A stretch of 64,000 nucleotides of DNA from a virus (taxonomy: Duplodnaviria; Caudoviricetes). The position numbers and the translations under genes are program-made. Within the stretch, counting starts at the first letter, position 1. Every line of letters begins with the position of its first letter. The notes beneath the pieces are model-generated. The model searched no databases, was not told the DNA's origin, and saw only the letters and a list, made by a program, of their open reading frames with translations. The DNA is taken from the IMG/VR virus record IMGVR_UViG_3300035208_002098, positions 128,001-192,000 of that record. The stretch is one strand, 5' to 3'. Shown here in pieces: positions 47,302-58,227 of the stretch.

Positions 47302-48393
47302 TTATTTATTTTTTAATAACCACAATGCTTCTTTAGTTGCAGCCTCTTTATTATCTATTTGTTTAGTTTCAACTAATTTTTGAGCTAAAGCATCTGAATT
47401 TAATTTTAAATCACTTTCAGTTAACCCATAGCCTTTAATAGTCTTTTCAACATCTTCTTGTAATCTAAGAGATTTTGTTTTAGACCAAACATTACCAAAT
47501 TCTTTGTTTTCATCAATTCTAGCTTGACCTTTAACAATACCTAAAGTATCATTAGATTTATAATTGAATAAATGTTTAATTTTAGCCATATCTTCGTTAA
47601 CCAATGTTTTATTTTCGCCACGTAATACAATAGCCTGACCTTCGGTTAAAGAACCTTCCCATCTAACACGATATGTCTCATTACCATCAGTCATTTCAAA
47701 TTCTTTATTATCCACTCTATAACCTTCTGGAATAAGTGTTAATGCTTTTTCCATTCCGTTAAATGGACTTTTAAATTTAAGTCTTTTCATTTTATCTTCT
47801 TTTATAGTAGTTTTATTTTCTGTATTTTCAACTGCAACTTTTTTAGTAGAGCCAATTGTTTTGCCTTTAGCAGATTCAATATCATTACCGAATTGTCTAA
47901 GAGCTGGGATATTATCTTTAAGTTCTTTTGTTTTTTTAGTTTGTTTAACTAAATTTTTACCAAAATCAGCATTAGATGCACCCCACACAGGTTCTGTATT
48001 ACCATTACCCTCACCAGTTTTAGGATTCCATTTACCAGTTTTAGTTTCATTACCCATTTTAGAATCACCCTCAATAGCCATTTCTTGTCTTTTTTTGAAT
48101 GTAGGGTTAACTTCACTATCATATTGTAAGTCTTCCATACCACCATCAAGTTCAGATGTGTTATGAATTTCTTCTTCTTTTTTACTTAATTCACGTTTAG
48201 GTGGTACAATAGCATCTTTAGCTTTACTACCAGTTGCTTTATCATATTCACCAAATTTTTTCCCAATTTCAGTTTGGGCAGCTTTATTAACTTTACCCTC
48301 TTCACCTTGTACTTTTTTAGTTACATCAATACCCGGTACACTACCTTCACTGATAAAACGATTACGTAATTGGTTCTTAATAGATTCTTGCAT
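47302..48393 (-). CDS. Late/virion-associated protein
   Basis: TATTTATA upstream; same duplicated domain internally. Confidence 0.65.
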   Translation of the reverse strand: MQESIKNQLRNRFISEGSVPGIDVTKKVQGEEGKVNKAAQTEIGKKFGEYDKATGSKAKDAIVPPKRELSKKEEEIHNTSELDGGMEDLQYDSEVNPTFKKRQEMAIEGDSKMGNETKTGKWNPKTGEGNGNTEPVWGASNADFGKNLVKQTKKTKELKDNIPALRQFGNDIESAKGKTIGSTKKVAVENTENKTTIKEDKMKRLKFKSPFNGMEKALTLIPEGYRVDNKEFEMTDGNETYRVRWEGSLTEGQAIVLRGENKTLVNEDMAKIKHLFNYKSNDTLGIVKGQARIDENKEFGNVWSKTKSLRLQEDVEKTIKGYGLTESDLKLNSDALAQKLVETKQIDNKEAATKEALWLLKNK

Positions 48394-48458
48394 AGTATAT
48401 ATTTTTACAAAAGTTTTATTCATTTATTATAAATATCAAATAAATATTATAAATTTCA

Positions 48459-50096
48459 TTATTTTAATGGTTTCTTATAGTTTGAAATTATTGAAGTAAC
48501 TTCTTCTATCGTTTTACCAGTCTTTTTAGCTATTTCATTGTAAATACCTTCTTTAGAAATTACTGAATTTTTAGAAGATTTCATTTTAACTACATTATCT
48601 ACAGAACCTTGACTACACCCACCATTTTGTGCTTCTTTATTATTATTTAATTTAGTACAATCATCTAATTTAACAAACTCACCTTTAGGGTATTGGGTAT
48701 CTGATTGTGCATCCTCGTGAATACCTTCAATCGCATTCTCCGTATCTTGTCCAACCATTTTACCATTTGGCCAAAATGATTTTCTAGCTAACTTATGGTC
48801 TTTTTTACTTTTAGCCCAAATTTTAGGTTGTATATATGGTCCAGAACTACCACCATCACCACTAGCACCAGCAACAGTTGTTTCTTTAATACCATTATTT
48901 GTACTCCATTGTTGGTCATCATTAGGATTTATACCTTTACTAACTAAATATTTTAATGTGTAAACACCTATATTTTTATCTGGGTACATTTCTTTTAACT
49001 CATTAAAATAATCAACCACATCTTCTTTATACTCATTACCACCTAAAATTTTTCTATCATCTCTATTAAGTATAAAAAATAAATACCCATCTTGATTAAT
49101 TGTAGTAGTTGTTTCTAACTCACCTAATTGTAATTTACCAACAAATGCACCAGAAGAACCAGCGGCACCAGTTGTTTCGATAACTTGTGATAATACTTCA
49201 GCTAATTTTTCGTTAGGCCAAGTACTTAAAATAGCATCTTTAACTTCTTTATCAATTTTAATGAAATCAACACCTTGTTCGAAATCATCTAAACCACTAC
49301 CCATACTCAAATGTTTAATATTATCATTTACATACCCTTGTATTGCCTCACCATCAATATCGAAATCGTAATATTCATAACCATCTCTAGTATGCTCATA
49401 CGGTACCTCAGAATAATCAATGAAGTCTTTTTCATCTATATTCTCATAATAAAAATAATATAACCCACCATTATTTTCTAATATAGCTATTTCTGGATTA
49501 TAATATATAACTTTATATGTAATTGGGACTTTCTTTCTTTGAGTGTATTCTGAATTATCATTATACGGTGCACTTGGGTCGTTCTCTGCTCCAGATGGGT
49601 AATAACCACTATCTTCATCAATATCCGTTACAGGTTTGTTATTTTGAGTCAAAGAATCGTATAAATTTTTAATTTTACGTTTTAAATTTTTTCTAATAAC
49701 TCTAAATTCTTTACCACTACCATTCTCTACAATACTAACAATACCTAAATCACGCATTAATTTATACACATCGTTTCTAGTACTACCCATTTGTTCCCAT
49801 ACTGGAGTAAAACCAGCTTCACCCGGTTTTATCATTAAACCTTTTAAAAATTCAATAATTTCTTTTGCGAAATCGTATAATTCAACAATTTGTTGATTAT
49901 ACACTAATGGTGTTTGTGCTGCTTCAACCCTAAACCCTTTGATTTGTTTACCGTATTTTTTAAAATTACTACTAACTTGTTGACCCAATGATTCTAACAC
50001 TAGATTAAGTTGTCTTTCTGTTATTTTAATATTTTTTGGTGTATCAAACATTTGAAGCATCTTTGCTTGATTCTCGGTTACTTTAATTTTTTTCAT
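48459..50096 (-). CDS. Late/virion-associated protein
   Basis: KIKVTENQ/KITERQL repeats, repeated E-TT motifs. Confidence 0.6.
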   Translation of the reverse strand: MKKIKVTENQAKMLQMFDTPKNIKITERQLNLVLESLGQQVSSNFKKYGKQIKGFRVEAAQTPLVYNQQIVELYDFAKEIIEFLKGLMIKPGEAGFTPVWEQMGSTRNDVYKLMRDLGIVSIVENGSGKEFRVIRKNLKRKIKNLYDSLTQNNKPVTDIDEDSGYYPSGAENDPSAPYNDNSEYTQRKKVPITYKVIYYNPEIAILENNGGLYYFYYENIDEKDFIDYSEVPYEHTRDGYEYYDFDIDGEAIQGYVNDNIKHLSMGSGLDDFEQGVDFIKIDKEVKDAILSTWPNEKLAEVLSQVIETTGAAGSSGAFVGKLQLGELETTTTINQDGYLFFILNRDDRKILGGNEYKEDVVDYFNELKEMYPDKNIGVYTLKYLVSKGINPNDDQQWSTNNGIKETTVAGASGDGGSSGPYIQPKIWAKSKKDHKLARKSFWPNGKMVGQDTENAIEGIHEDAQSDTQYPKGEFVKLDDCTKLNNNKEAQNGGCSQGSVDNVVKMKSSKNSVISKEGIYNEIAKKTGKTIEEVTSIISNYKKPLK

Positions 50097-50098
50097 AT

Positions 50099-50365
50099 TT
50101 ATGAAGATTTATTACTTAACATTGTTTGCCAAAAACCTTTTTTTACCCATAAAGCTTTGAATAACTGAGTTATTACGTTTCTGGTAATATCAACGGTTTG
50201 ATTCTCTAAATCCTTATTCCCTTTAATTTCTTTTGAAACTAATTTAGAAATAATGTCTTTTAAATCTGATGATTTAATGGTTTTAGTAACCTCATCTTTA
50301 ATTTGGTCCTTTTCTTCCTTAGAGAAAGTTTCACTCAATCTTTGTTTAATTAGGTTTTGATACAT
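50099..50365 (-). CDS. Late protein with cargo-like leader
   Basis: MYQNLIKQRLSE. Confidence 0.6.
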   Translation of the reverse strand: MYQNLIKQRLSETFSKEEKDQIKDEVTKTIKSSDLKDIISKLVSKEIKGNKDLENQTVDITRNVITQLFKALWVKKGFWQTMLSNKSS

Positions 50366-50409
50366 ATTTTCTTTTATAATAAATATGTAAAAAGATATAA
50401 AAAAGGTAA

Positions 50410-50654
50410 TTATATAGTCATATTAATTGTAATGTGTTCTACTGGAGTTTCTGGTTGAACTAATAAATTATAGTAATTATCGTTTAACTCTGTTAATTCA
50501 TATCGAGAGTATAATAATCTAGATGGTGTAAACCCACATCACACATAACTGGAGTAGTTTGTACTGGAATATATGGCATCCAAACTAAACCTTCCGATAA
50601 TGTTGGGTTTGTAAAACTTAATTTTCTTCGTGATTTATAACCTAACCCAAACAT
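50410..50654 (-). pseudogene. Frameshifted mini-gene of major-capsid C-terminal and sheath-like fragments
   Basis: GLVWMPYIPVQTTP | FTPSRLLYSRY..N.YY..VQPETPVEHITINMTI; shift near 50540. Confidence 0.5.
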
Positions 50655-50848
50655 TAATTATTTTTTAAATCATTAAAAGCTTTAGCAAATTCACCAGAAC
50701 ATATAATAAAATTAGCACTACCATTCCTAGTTGCGTCATGCATTATTTTACAAGCTTTTTCAATTTTTTCTTGTAATTCTGACAATAATTTCTTTTGGTC
50801 TTTAAATGTTAAATCTTTTTTAGATTTATAACCTTCACCGAATGACAT
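50654..50848 (-). CDS. Mini-gene resembling a major-capsid-protein segment
   Basis: IEKACKIMHDATRNGSANFIICS. Confidence 0.55.
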   Translation of the reverse strand: MSFGEGYKSKKDLTFKDQKKLLSELQEKIEKACKIMHDATRNGSANFIICSGEFAKAFNDLKNN

Positions 50849-50850
50849 AA

Positions 50851-51648
50851 TTAAAATCTTAAAAGCGAATAATGAATACCAATACCTATTTGTAACGATG
50901 GTTTTAAATTAGAACCAATACCAACACCTAAATAAGGACCAACACCCCATTTTTTCTGTACAACATATTTATTAAACACAGGGTTTTTTTTAGGGTCTAT
51001 AATAGCACCATCAATATTTAAAGCATTAAAACCCGGATAATCTGACCTAATAAAAATTTCTAAATTATCACCCTTTTCTCTTAAACCTGTAACTAAACTA
51101 AAATTAATTTCATCTTTTGTAATTAATGTTTGAGTTGGTATCACGGTTGAATCTTTTAATCTAAATTTACTTACACCTATAATATTTCTACTATTATTTG
51201 CACTATATATTGTATCGTGATGCCAAGCTAAACCATATTCACCATTAGGATAAATAATTACAGTATTTGTAATTTTAATGGTATCACCCGGTTTATTTTT
51301 AATACCTAATATAAATTTATTTAATTCATATACACGTCCTTTTTCTTTTTTAAGTTCTGAAGCTAAATCAGCATTAAGTTCTTTAAGACCATTTTTTTCT
51401 GTAATTAAAACATTTTTAGATGCTTCTAATTGACCAACTTTATTTTTAGATACTCTTACCGAATCAGATAACGCTTTATTATTTTGATTACTTATCTGTA
51501 AATCGTTTTTATTAGTACTACAGCTCCTAAGACTAAAAAACAATATTATACTCATACCAATTAACATAATTAATAAAGTATTACGTTGTTTATCAGTATT
51601 AAACCAACTAACAGCTTTTTTTTCAATTTCTTCTTTAATATCTGACAT
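50851..51648 (-). CDS. Membrane-anchored coiled-coil protein, possible spanin
   Basis: N-terminal TM, coiled coil, C-terminal WGVGPYLGVG..IGIGIHY beta strands. Confidence 0.5.
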   Translation of the reverse strand: MSDIKEEIEKKAVSWFNTDKQRNTLLIMLIGMSIILFFSLRSCSTNKNDLQISNQNNKALSDSVRVSKNKVGQLEASKNVLITEKNGLKELNADLASELKKEKGRVYELNKFILGIKNKPGDTIKITNTVIIYPNGEYGLAWHHDTIYSANNSRNIIGVSKFRLKDSTVIPTQTLITKDEINFSLVTGLREKGDNLEIFIRSDYPGFNALNIDGAIIDPKKNPVFNKYVVQKKWGVGPYLGVGIGSNLKPSLQIGIGIHYSLLRF

Positions 51649-51665
51649 AATAAAACTTTTTTAAT

Positions 51666-52052
51666 TTATAATTTTGGTTTATAATCGGTTGCTAACTTTT
51701 GAGCCCAATCATCATGCCAACGTTTATAGTAACCAGTTAAGTGTTGTAACACTTCCATTGAATCATCACTTAATTGCATATTATTAACATTAATATATAG
51801 GCCATTAATACCTTCTAATGTACATTGGAATTCCATATTTAAATCTGGTATTGTACCGGATAATACAGCGTTACGTGCATTAGGATATACCTTAAATACA
51901 TTAAATTGGACCGATTTTGATACAATTTGCATAAATTGTGCTTGTTCTTCTTTTAATTCAGGACCTGTAACATCAATAGCGTCATTCGTTGCGTTTTCTC
52001 TAATAATGTTTAACATTCTTTTAGTCATGTCATGTTCGTCTATATTATTCAT
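51666..52052 (-). CDS. Hypothetical protein
   Basis: KRMLNIIRE leader-like. Confidence 0.6.
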   Translation of the reverse strand: MNNIDEHDMTKRMLNIIRENATNDAIDVTGPELKEEQAQFMQIVSKSVQFNVFKVYPNARNAVLSGTIPDLNMEFQCTLEGINGLYINVNNMQLSDDSMEVLQHLTGYYKRWHDDWAQKLATDYKPKL

Positions 52053-52674
52053 AGTTTTCTAATTTATTTTTAAATAATTCGTAATTAAAAGCCGGACTTA
52101 AATCCGTGCTCTGTCTTTGATAATTGCTTTTGAAAACAATACCACGATATTCATAAATATCATCAACTTTTGTGTTGTGTCCAATTGTTTGTAACGGTAT
52201 CTTAAATTTATTTGATAAATATTTCGAAAGATATATTAATGATTCAATTTGTTTATCTGTATACCCATCCCAATATTCATGTGTTCTCCAAAGTCTTTTA
52301 AACATAGTATCAATATCATTATATTCATTACCTACCCATGTTGTTACCACACCATTTAATACATCATTAATTAACCACCCATTATTTTCCATAACTACAG
52401 GAATTATATGGTCATTAAGATTTTTATTATTTAAAAAATCTGAAGTATATTTCGGGTCATAATGCTGATATATATTACCATCTTTACTTATAGTAAACGC
52501 AGCGGTTTTTTTATATTCACCATAATATCTAGTTAACCAACCATTATAATGGTTCATACCACTAGAAAATGAATTACCTACAACTATTTGTGACTTTTTT
52601 TTAGCCGACCTACGATAATTACATTTAGGTAATTTATAACTTACATCATCTATTTTAATATCAGTTTCAACCAT
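52045..52674 (-). CDS. N-acetylmuramoyl-L-alanine amidase-like protein
   Basis: ISKDGNIYQ, ENNG, YTDKQIESL, GHN, DLSPAF. Confidence 0.7.
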   Translation of the reverse strand: MVETDIKIDDVSYKLPKCNYRRSAKKKSQIVVGNSFSSGMNHYNGWLTRYYGEYKKTAAFTISKDGNIYQHYDPKYTSDFLNNKNLNDHIIPVVMENNGWLINDVLNGVVTTWVGNEYNDIDTMFKRLWRTHEYWDGYTDKQIESLIYLSKYLSNKFKIPLQTIGHNTKVDDIYEYRGIVFKSNYQRQSTDLSPAFNYELFKNKLENYE

Positions 52675-53675
52675 TATTTATCTCTAAAAAATATAGTTTT
52701 TTTCTCATTATGTGGTCCAACTCTCATGATTTGGTTATTATTTACTGGTGTAGACTTAATATTTTGGTGTGGTGTTACACTATCAGTTACGACTTCATTA
52801 CCAGATATTACCGGTTCTTCATCTACAACATCAGTAGAAACCTCATCCACAACATCGATAACATCATCAGATATTACCGGTTCTTCAATTATTTCTTCGG
52901 TTTGTTTAACAGGGATAAAAAAATCTTCATTAACGGGTTCAACTTCTTTTATATCATTAATAAATTCTCTCGCAATTTCTTTAGCTTCATCTTCCGACAT
53001 TTTACCAACAGGAACTTTGAATATTCTTTTTCCCGTACTAGAAAACCCCGGTTCTGGTTGTAACAAATTCATAATGTTTTCATCATTAAAATAATCAATT
53101 TCTTCAATATCTGATGATACACCCTTTGGTTCATCATTTATTGGTGTTTCGGGAAATGGTATTGGGTCAGTGGTTTCTACTTTTAATTCATCACCTTCTT
53201 TATCATTAAAGTTAACTAATAAATGTAAGAATGATAGTGATATTATTGGTAATAAAGCCCCAGCAAATGCTGCTAACCACCTTCTATGTCCATCAATATC
53301 ACCAGTATCTACCATACTTAACATACTGAATAATGGGTCAACTAATATAACCCAATCTTTAAATAATTTACTTGTTACATCAACATATTGAAATACAAAA
53401 AACATATTACCTATTAATTGAATAAATGTTACTATTATAAATGGTAGGTATATTGCTTTATTATTTTTAACCGCTAATCCAGCTAAAGCACTTAAAGCCG
53501 CTATTTCAATACCAACCGATAAATATATTGCCCAGCTCATCGGATTTGTCATTGAATACCAAGTTATAACGTGTGATATCGATACAAATGCAACGAATAA
53601 TATAGGTATAATATAAGATAATCTTATGATTGTCTTATAATTATTTGTGAACCAATTTCTAATACTACTATACAT
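52674..53675 (-). CDS. Multi-TM membrane protein with acidic tail
   Basis: 4 TM helices; portal-like motif in the tail. Confidence 0.65.
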   Translation of the reverse strand: MYSSIRNWFTNNYKTIIRLSYIIPILFVAFVSISHVITWYSMTNPMSWAIYLSVGIEIAALSALAGLAVKNNKAIYLPFIIVTFIQLIGNMFFVFQYVDVTSKLFKDWVILVDPLFSMLSMVDTGDIDGHRRWLAAFAGALLPIISLSFLHLLVNFNDKEGDELKVETTDPIPFPETPINDEPKGVSSDIEEIDYFNDENIMNLLQPEPGFSSTGKRIFKVPVGKMSEDEAKEIAREFINDIKEVEPVNEDFFIPVKQTEEIIEEPVISDDVIDVVDEVSTDVVDEEPVISGNEVVTDSVTPHQNIKSTPVNNNQIMRVGPHNEKKTIFFRDK

Positions 53676-53677
53676 AA

Positions 53678-53971
53678 TTATTTATTTTCTAATTTATTTA
53701 TTTCCTTCTCATTATCACTTTGACGATTAACATCTAATAATTTTCTATCCGTTGCTTGAATAAATCTATTTTCCGTTTTAAGACCTTCTATTTTAATTGT
53801 TTTATTGATTTTTTCTATAGCTACAGCATTTGAATCAATAGCTTTCTTATTCACTACAGATAGTTGTTCTATTTTACTATTTGTTGAACATGTTCTAAAG
53901 AACATGATAAATATTAATGGTACTATAATTACCATCCCATATTCATTTAAAAAATTTCTAAGTTTTTTCAT
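53678..53971 (-). CDS. Membrane-anchored small protein
   Basis: Single TM, late promoter at 53987. Confidence 0.6.
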   Translation of the reverse strand: MKKLRNFLNEYGMVIIVPLIFIMFFRTCSTNSKIEQLSVVNKKAIDSNAVAIEKINKTIKIEGLKTENRFIQATDRKLLDVNRQSDNEKEINKLENK

Positions 53972-54033
53972 AATTTAAAGTTTTATTATAAATATATAAA
54001 CATATATTATTCTTTTGTAAAGTTTATTAACAT

Positions 54034-54057
54034 AAAAAAGGCCTCAGTTGAGGCCTT
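54034..54057 (-). terminator. Intrinsic terminator
   Basis: AAGGCCTC...GAGGCCTT plus T-tract. Confidence 0.7.
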
Positions 54058-54060
54058 AAT

Positions 54061-54894
54061 TTATTCTTTTTCATTATATATTAAATTATATAAATCGGTC
54101 ATATTATGTCTTAACTTTCTAATAGCCTTTTCTTTAATTTGACGAATTCGTTCTTTAGTTAAATTATATTTTTCACCAATACCTTCTAAAGTCATTGGCT
54201 CGTATAATTCATTTAATCCAAAATATAAAATAATGATGTCTTTTTCTCTATTAGTAAGGTCGGCCAGCATTTTATCTAACTCTTTTCTTATTAATTTATC
54301 ACTTTCTTCATCTTTTTCAGTTTCGTATGTTTCATAATTAAAAATCTCAATTAACTCATCGCCACTTTCATTTATGATAGTACTTAAAGATGTTGGACGT
54401 TCATTTAAAACTAAATCACTTAATTTTATATCAGCTAATTCACCAATACATGGACCATGCTCATGAGTTATCTCATAACGGTCAATATTCTTCTTAATTT
54501 GATTTAAACTATTAATAACGTTAGCTGGTAATCTAATTAACCTTGAATTGCAGTTTAATCCGTGTATAATAGATTGACGAACCCACCATACAGCATATGA
54601 TATAAATCTAAAACCTCTCGTATGGTCAAACTTAATCGCTGCTTTAATTAATCCTTCATTACCATCATTGATTAAATCATTAATATTTGTTCCTTGGTAT
54701 TGGTATTCCTTTGCTATGGAAATAACAAATTTAAGATTTGCTGTAACTAATTCTTCTATAGCACTAGCATCACCATCTTGTATTCTAATAGCTAACGCAA
54801 CTTCTTCTTCAGGTGTTAATAAATTAGTTTTTTTTATATCCTTAAAATACCTTGATAAAGTATCATCATTTCCATTAATAAATTTTTTTGACAT
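54061..54894 (-). CDS. RNA polymerase sigma-70 factor (RpoD/RpoS-like)
   Basis: NLKFVISIAK, DLINDGNEGL, FISYAVWWVRQ, TKERIRQI. Confidence 0.92.
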   Translation of the reverse strand: MSKKFINGNDDTLSRYFKDIKKTNLLTPEEEVALAIRIQDGDASAIEELVTANLKFVISIAKEYQYQGTNINDLINDGNEGLIKAAIKFDHTRGFRFISYAVWWVRQSIIHGLNCNSRLIRLPANVINSLNQIKKNIDRYEITHEHGPCIGELADIKLSDLVLNERPTSLSTIINESGDELIEIFNYETYETEKDEESDKLIRKELDKMLADLTNREKDIIILYFGLNELYEPMTLEGIGEKYNLTKERIRQIKEKAIRKLRHNMTDLYNLIYNEKE

Positions 54895-54986
54895 TCATAA
54901 AATCTTATAACTATTGTTATTTATACTCAATATAACATGAATATCACCCAATATACTATGTATATTGGATAAAGTCAATAGTTTTA

Positions 54987-55532
54987 CTAAGATTTTTTTG
55001 TTAAACACGATAAATATTTTTTATCATAATCAGTTAGTTTGTCTAACCCTTTATCAATCAATTTATTAATTTCAACTTGTTTTTCATTACTACTCATTTT
55101 TTTTATTGATTCCACCATAATTTTATCATCTGTGACTATAATAGCATCACTAACCGATGTACCACTATATTTAGATACGTGTTTTATATCTTTAAGTGAA
55201 GTAACTATATCTTTAAGTAATTTAACACTCATATCTTCTAGAATATCCGGGTTATTTTTAATTATCTTCTCAAAAAGTTTTTCATTCGTATCTTTACCAT
55301 CATTAATAAATGCTGCATAGGAACCACGATTCATTTCGAATAAAATAAAACTCCTATTATTCAACTTGAAATAGTCATTTAATTCATTTACCGAAACGGC
55401 ACTTGAAAATGTTGCTATTATTAAACCTTTAGCTTGTAATAGATTAACTGATGATTCTGAAATTTTTGTTATCTCATCTTTACCACCATTAATATCACCC
55501 AACATTATTAAACAATAATTTGTAAATTTCAT
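54987..55532 (-). CDS. Hypothetical protein
   Basis: INKLIDKGLDKLTDYDKKYL tail. Confidence 0.6.
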   Translation of the reverse strand: MKFTNYCLIMLGDINGGKDEITKISESSVNLLQAKGLIIATFSSAVSVNELNDYFKLNNRSFILFEMNRGSYAAFINDGKDTNEKLFEKIIKNNPDILEDMSVKLLKDIVTSLKDIKHVSKYSGTSVSDAIIVTDDKIMVESIKKMSSNEKQVEINKLIDKGLDKLTDYDKKYLSCLTKKS

Positions 55533-55577
55533 ATTCTTTTTATTTAAAAATACTAACTTTTTTACTATTTCGCAACT

Positions 55578-57929
55578 TTATTTAGTAGAAATTGTTGAAA
55601 TATTGTTAACTTTTTTAATAGTAATAATATTATCGGCCCAATCTCTTATTATTGGGTTGTGGGTTATTAATAAAACGATATCAAACATATCTCTAATTTT
55701 ATCAAATAATAATTTCATATAATCTAAATTCTCATTTGCGACCTTACCTAAGACCTCATCAAATCCGATGAAGTTTGGTTTAGGTAAATTAGAAACTCGG
55801 CTTAAAACGCATCTTAATGCTAATGAGGCAGCTGTTTTCTCTAACCCGGAACCAGATTTAAGGAACTTACGAACATCATCTTTAATTATAATGAAATCTA
55901 AGTCATTTTTAGAGTTAATTTCCAATTCAATATCAAAATCAGTTACTTCATCTAATAAACGATGTAATTCAAAGTTAATTAATGGTAATACAGTACGTAA
56001 TACTAGTTTACTAATACCTTTTTTACCAACCATATCAATATAAATCTTATAAATTTGTTCAACCTTATCTTCTTTCTTAATAACCTCAATTATTTTAGTT
56101 TTATTTTCGATTTCAACCTTATTTTGTTCAATATCAGCTTTACATTTTTGTATTTTATTTAATGTAATATCACGGTCACCTTCATTACGTTGAATTTTAC
56201 CATTAACACCCATAATTTCAACATCTAATTGACGATTAAGTTCTATCGCACTATTATTTAGATTATATTTGTTTAAATCATTCCTTTTAGCTTTTAAATC
56301 ATTCCTTAATGAATTAATAACTACATCACATCGGTCTTTTTTTAATTCTAATTTATCTTTTTCATCAGATAATTCTTTAGACTGTTTCATAACAGTTAAA
56401 ACTTCAGATAATTTACTTAATTTTTTAATATATTCACTAATATTTTTTTTAAGTGTGTCTATTTTGGTAGAATTTTCACTTATGTGGTCAGTGTGGTCAA
56501 TACCAACTAATGGTCTTTTACACATAGTGCATATTTCACTATCTCTTAATTCAATATTTAAATTTTCAAGTCGTGTTATCTCCCTCTCACTAGTTTCTTT
56601 ATCTAATTTAGAGCTTCTTTGTTGTGATAAAGTATCTTCGTATATTAATTCATCAAACACCACATCGCCTATTTCAGTTATTCTTTTACTATATGTTTCT
56701 AGATTAACAGCCTCTAATTTACCTTTTGCAATAATTTCATCTATATCACGATTTATTTTATTTGGGTCTAATTGTATTATAGCATCATCAATTTCTTGTT
56801 TACTGGTTAATAATTTTTCTTTTTGACTATTTAATACAACCAATTCTTCATTAATTCTTTTTAGATTAGTTTCATTTGTTTCTAATGCAACACCAATGGA
56901 TATAATATTTTCTCCATGTTCATCAACTTCATGTCCAAGGTCAATAATATTATAATGATTTGATTTCATTGTTTTACTAAACGCATTATACATATCTCTA
57001 GCAGCTTGTTCTTTTTGTTCTATAATCTCCAACCCAATAAATCTAGTTAATAATTTACCTCTAGCAGTCGCTTGAGTATCTATTAAATCTTCTAAATTTT
57101 TACCTGTGGCTACTATTGTGGTCATGAAATCACTTTCGGTTCCAATAGTCTCAATTATTCTTTGAGTTGTTTCAATACCATCCTTACCATCTAATAATTT
57201 TTCTTCACCATCTGGTAAAATTTCATAATAGTTTACAGTATTTTTTATTGTATACCCACTACCGTCTCTTTTAGGGCTTCTAGTCATAAGTCTTTCAATA
57301 ATGAAATCATCACCACTAATATCTACCATACCCCTAACAGATAATTCATTACTACTACTAAATTGATTAAATATATCTTCGTTTTTATCTGTTTTTGTTG
57401 TTGTACCAAAGAATAAAAATAGTAACGCATCAATACTAAACGTTGTTTTACCACCTTGATTTAATGGCTCTGATGTGATAACATTAATACCTTTTAATTT
57501 ACTAAATGGTATATTATTATCTTCACCAAAACATAAAAAATTATTAATTACTAAGTGTTTTAAACTCCATGTCCTAAAATCGAATTCATTTTGTTTAAAA
57601 TCAATTGAATCATTAACTTTCTTATCTAACGCTAGTAATCTATCAAAATCAACTATTTTATTTTCACGGGCTATCCATTCTTTAAATAACTGATGTTGAT
57701 AATTAATATCCATAATATTTTCAATCCCTACACCAGTTAATTGAATGATATTACCATCTTTGTCTTTTTTAACAGGTCTAAAAATTACATTTACCGAATT
57801 TTTTGGAACACCATATTTATTCGAAAAATAATTTCTAACTCTATTTCTATCTTCTCTTGAATACTTCTCTGGTTTATCATCCCAATATATTCTAAGTGAT
57901 GCTTTATTTGGTATATCTATTTTACTCAT
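55578..57929 (-). CDS. SbcC/Rad50/gp46-like ATPase
   Basis: NQGGKTT, CTMC zinc hook, SGLE signature, FDEV, ITH. Confidence 0.9.
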   Translation of the reverse strand: MSKIDIPNKASLRIYWDDKPEKYSREDRNRVRNYFSNKYGVPKNSVNVIFRPVKKDKDGNIIQLTGVGIENIMDINYQHQLFKEWIARENKIVDFDRLLALDKKVNDSIDFKQNEFDFRTWSLKHLVINNFLCFGEDNNIPFSKLKGINVITSEPLNQGGKTTFSIDALLFLFFGTTTKTDKNEDIFNQFSSSNELSVRGMVDISGDDFIIERLMTRSPKRDGSGYTIKNTVNYYEILPDGEEKLLDGKDGIETTQRIIETIGTESDFMTTIVATGKNLEDLIDTQATARGKLLTRFIGLEIIEQKEQAARDMYNAFSKTMKSNHYNIIDLGHEVDEHGENIISIGVALETNETNLKRINEELVVLNSQKEKLLTSKQEIDDAIIQLDPNKINRDIDEIIAKGKLEAVNLETYSKRITEIGDVVFDELIYEDTLSQQRSSKLDKETSEREITRLENLNIELRDSEICTMCKRPLVGIDHTDHISENSTKIDTLKKNISEYIKKLSKLSEVLTVMKQSKELSDEKDKLELKKDRCDVVINSLRNDLKAKRNDLNKYNLNNSAIELNRQLDVEIMGVNGKIQRNEGDRDITLNKIQKCKADIEQNKVEIENKTKIIEVIKKEDKVEQIYKIYIDMVGKKGISKLVLRTVLPLINFELHRLLDEVTDFDIELEINSKNDLDFIIIKDDVRKFLKSGSGLEKTAASLALRCVLSRVSNLPKPNFIGFDEVLGKVANENLDYMKLLFDKIRDMFDIVLLITHNPIIRDWADNIITIKKVNNISTISTK

Positions 57930-58224
57930 CGTATATATCTGTCTTTAAATTGTTTTTATCTTTTTTAATAATAATGTCCTGTTTGTCCGGATTAATGTCC
58001 GGATTAATAAGTAAATCAAGAATAGGTACTGGTGGTGATAAACTTATTACTGGTATTATTTCATTAGCTATTGTTGGGTTTGTTCTACCTTGGAACATTT
58101 CTGGTTTATACCCATATTTTTCTATTGTAAAGGCCCTTTTTAATAATTTATCTTTAAAACCTTCAATATCAGTAATATTATTCGCATTACAATATTGTAA
58201 TATTTCATCGTGTATACTAGACAT
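57922..58224 (-). CDS. Hypothetical protein
   Basis: YCNANNI..FTIEKYG. Confidence 0.6.
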   Translation of the reverse strand: MSSIHDEILQYCNANNITDIEGFKDKLLKRAFTIEKYGYKPEMFQGRTNPTIANEIIPVISLSPPVPILDLLINPDINPDKQDIIIKKDKNNLKTDIYDE

Positions 58225-58227
58225 AGT

